This document shows, piece by piece, positions 61,840 through 64,000 of a DNA stretch of 64,000 nucleotides. Source of the DNA: Polyangiaceae bacterium (GTDB lineage: Bacteria > Myxococcota_A > Polyangia > Polyangiales > Polyangiaceae); contig CBDCTZ010000016.1 of assembly GCA_965222375.1 (NCBI GenBank), positions 3,008,001 to 3,072,000 of the forward strand, written 5' to 3'. The translations under genes and the position numbers were made by a program. The notes beneath the pieces are model-generated. The model ran no database searches and was not told the DNA's origin. It saw only the letters and a list, made by a program, of their open reading frames with translations. The first letter of the stretch is position 1, and the number at the start of each line of letters is the position of its first letter.

Positions 61840-63697
61840 TGTCCTAGCCCAGCGACATTTACCCTCAAAAATACGGCCGAAATGACCTCCCATTCGTTCA
61901 CCCATCTCGCCCTCGCATCAGCGGAAGCTCGGTGCATGACGGGCGGCGACAGCTCTGGAGGAACAACCACAAGCAAATGTGGACGCAAGAGGGAGCAAGC
62001 GGACGCAGCGAGCCGTTTGCGCGCTAACCACGCGCGCACAGAGTCCATGGGACGCACCCGGTCAAGCCGCTTCGGCGAGCTCGACGATGGGCAAGTGCTT
62101 ACGCCCTCGAAAGGGCGTGACGACGAGGACGGGAGGCGCACGCGCGGTCAGATCGAGCTTGGGCCGACAGGCATAGCCTCGGAGTTTCTCGAGGGGCGTC
62201 GCGCCCTGCAAGGATTGATGCGGCCGAAATTCATTGTACCAAGCGATGTACGCATCCAGCTCAGCACGCATGGCTTGGACGGAAAACGGCACGTGGATGA
62301 TCCGAAAGGATTCGTCCTTCATCGACAGCCAGAAGCGCTCGATGAAAGCGATGCTGCCACTCTTGCCGACGGCGCCGAAGCGCGGCTTGGCTCCGACGCA
62401 CTTGCACCAGGCACGATACTTGTTTCGAAACTGCGCGCCCTGGTCACTGATGATGTGCTTGGGCGGCGTAGCGACGTGCTCTACCGCACGGGACAGCACT
62501 CGACAGACATCTTCAGCACTCGGCTGGGCCTTGAAGACGCCTTTAGCGAGCACGACGCGGCTGTACTGATCCATGACGGCGCAGACCCACCAGCAGAAAG
62601 GCCAGCACTGGGGCAGACTGAAGGGCAGCCAAGCGGTCCAGAATCCTCCGACGATGGGCACCAAGGTCATGTCCACGTTCCAGACGTGATGGGCGTATCG
62701 AGCCCGGACACCATGACGGCGCGGCGGTGTCGCCGCCTCCAGTCCGCAGGCTTCGGCCGCCTCGGCCGCACCGCCTGGCGGAGCGTTCGACTCGGGAGGG
62801 CTCGGCGGCTCGGGCGGCAGCTTTCGCTCTTGCAAACGCTCGACCGTCGAGGCTGCGAGCACGAGCCCAGCCCGAGCGAGCAGCTGAGCCTTGCGCACTT
62901 TGCCAAAGCTAGGCACCTGGGAGGCCAGCTGCTGCACGACGAGGGCGTAGTAGTCAGGCAACTTGTTGACGGGGTGGGACAAGTCGAGCAGCGCCTGCTG
63001 CCCACCTTCATCGACGCGCTTGGTCCAGTTGGCGATGGTGGCTGCCGACACCTGGAACACTCTTGCTGTTGCAGCAGCATTCCAGTGAGCCTGCGCTCGC
63101 ACCGCCAAGATGCTCATGCGCTCCTTGGGGGCGTAGTGAGGACGCTGAGCCGGCGGGATCCGCGCCATGCGAGCGTCTTTGATACGCGCCACTTCGGTGA
63201 GCAGAGCGACTTGCCTTTCAAGCCGAGCTGCCTTTGCCGCAAGGCGGACGCGGGACAGACGACTGTTGAGGCACCAGGAGTGGCTGCGCACGACGGCATC
63301 ATGAGCCAAGGCCACGGCACACAGGAAAGCTCGTTGCACACAAGCCGGCCAAACGTCAGGCACCGGCACCTGCAGATCTTTCCCCATGAAATCATGGTCT
63401 CGACGACGCGGCAGCGCGTCAATTGCCGGCAACCGCCTTCACTCGAGCGGGCCGACCCAGCCCGACGGCATAGTCATTGTCCATGCCACCCGGCAGCGAA
63501 AGGATGGCGTGACGCAGCTCTGCCTGAGCACCAACGCTTCACACGCCCCGGGCACGATCATTGTACATGCCAAGTGCCTCGAAACTTCGCGCAGGTGCGC
63601 GCACGAAACCGATCAACACAAGGCTCGAACCACGATAAAATGATCCGCTGGGGCCTTCCGATCCCGCGGAACGCGGATGGTCTTTGACAGCTCAACA
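61840..63697 (-). mobile_element. Insertion sequence with TGT..ACA termini encoding an rve/DDE transposase (IS481/IS3-like); right end tentative
   Basis: Begins TGTCC exactly at the RHS breakpoint; candidate other end ..CTCAACA; no target duplication seen. Confidence 0.65.
62062..63432 (-). CDS. DDE integrase-core (rve) transposase
   Basis: HTH; WNVDMT..MDQYSR..ISDQGAQF..IERFWLSMK..YN..RPHQSL..TP; start may be 63390. Confidence 0.9.
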   Translation of the reverse strand: MPAIDALPRRRDHDFMGKDLQVPVPDVWPACVQRAFLCAVALAHDAVVRSHSWCLNSRLSRVRLAAKAARLERQVALLTEVARIKDARMARIPPAQRPHYAPKERMSILAVRAQAHWNAAATARVFQVSAATIANWTKRVDEGGQQALLDLSHPVNKLPDYYALVVQQLASQVPSFGKVRKAQLLARAGLVLAASTVERLQERKLPPEPPSPPESNAPPGGAAEAAEACGLEAATPPRRHGVRARYAHHVWNVDMTLVPIVGGFWTAWLPFSLPQCWPFCWWVCAVMDQYSRVVLAKGVFKAQPSAEDVCRVLSRAVEHVATPPKHIISDQGAQFRNKYRAWCKCVGAKPRFGAVGKSGSIAFIERFWLSMKDESFRIIHVPFSVQAMRAELDAYIAWYNEFRPHQSLQGATPLEKLRGYACRPKLDLTARAPPVLVVTPFRGRKHLPIVELAEAA

Positions 63698-63741
63698 CAG
63701 CACGGCCTGCGGCACGAGGCGCCGCAGGCCCACGGCTGAGT

Positions 63742-64000
63742 TCACCCGAGGGCTTGGCGCACGAGGGCCACAGCCGCGTCGATGTCGCGGACGACGAGCT
63801 CGGCGTCGATACGCAGGACGCGCCAACCGGCGCGCTGCAGCGCCCGGTCGCGGCGGGCATCCCTGGTAGCGAAGCGAGCATGATAAAGACCATCCACTCC
63901 ACGGCTAGACGGCGAGAGGGCGCGCACAGGTCAACGATAAACTGACCGACGACATATTCACGCCTGAAGCCAACTCCAAGCTGCTTGCCCTTCAAGTGGG
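63742..64000 (-). pseudogene. DUF559/Vsr-like endonuclease, frameshifted near 63897 (5' end outside window)
   Basis: LGVGFRREYVVGQFIVD..RRLAVE then (V)DG..RDARRDRALQRAGWRVLRI in a shifted frame. Confidence 0.75.

Noticed and set aside
61408..63687. 759-aa plus-strand ORF
   Set aside because: Antisense shadow of the rve transposase plus an off-frame RHS piece; no motifs

Overview
GC-rich bacterial window, very likely Myxococcota (Polyangiales-like), inferred from MYXO-CTERM tails, Cys-rich lipoproteins and gene content. Bases 1-47.5 kb are mostly core or metabolic: the isc Fe-S operon (iscU-iscA-hscB-hscA-fdx), an OmpA/TSP3 plus Cys-rich lipoprotein pair, gap-pgk-tpiA-secG, accA, an FHA-GAF adenylate cyclase, glpK, a benzoyl-CoA oxidation module (boxR/boxC/boxB), a haloalkane dehalogenase, nrtR, and folP-cdaA-cdaR divergent from a PgpH-like HD phosphodiesterase. 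Bases 47.5-64 kb are an accessory/conflict region: tandem Uma2 nucleases, an Imm1-like protein, a ~2800-aa teneurin-like RHS protein with a probable immunity gene, an orphan RHS fragment bracketed by IS ends, and an rve transposase. Most notable unexplained structures: (1) a DUF222-like/HNH nuclease gene (37419-38891) flanked by two inward-pointing ~260-bp (possibly ~400-bp) non-coding repeat copies whose differences preserve hairpins through G.U pairs, a candidate nuclease plus structured-RNA or mobile system; (2) an in-frame MYXO-CTERM protein/signal peptide/TRAP DctP apparent polyprotein. Family calls come from recognised motifs and identities are by-eye estimates; no searches were run.
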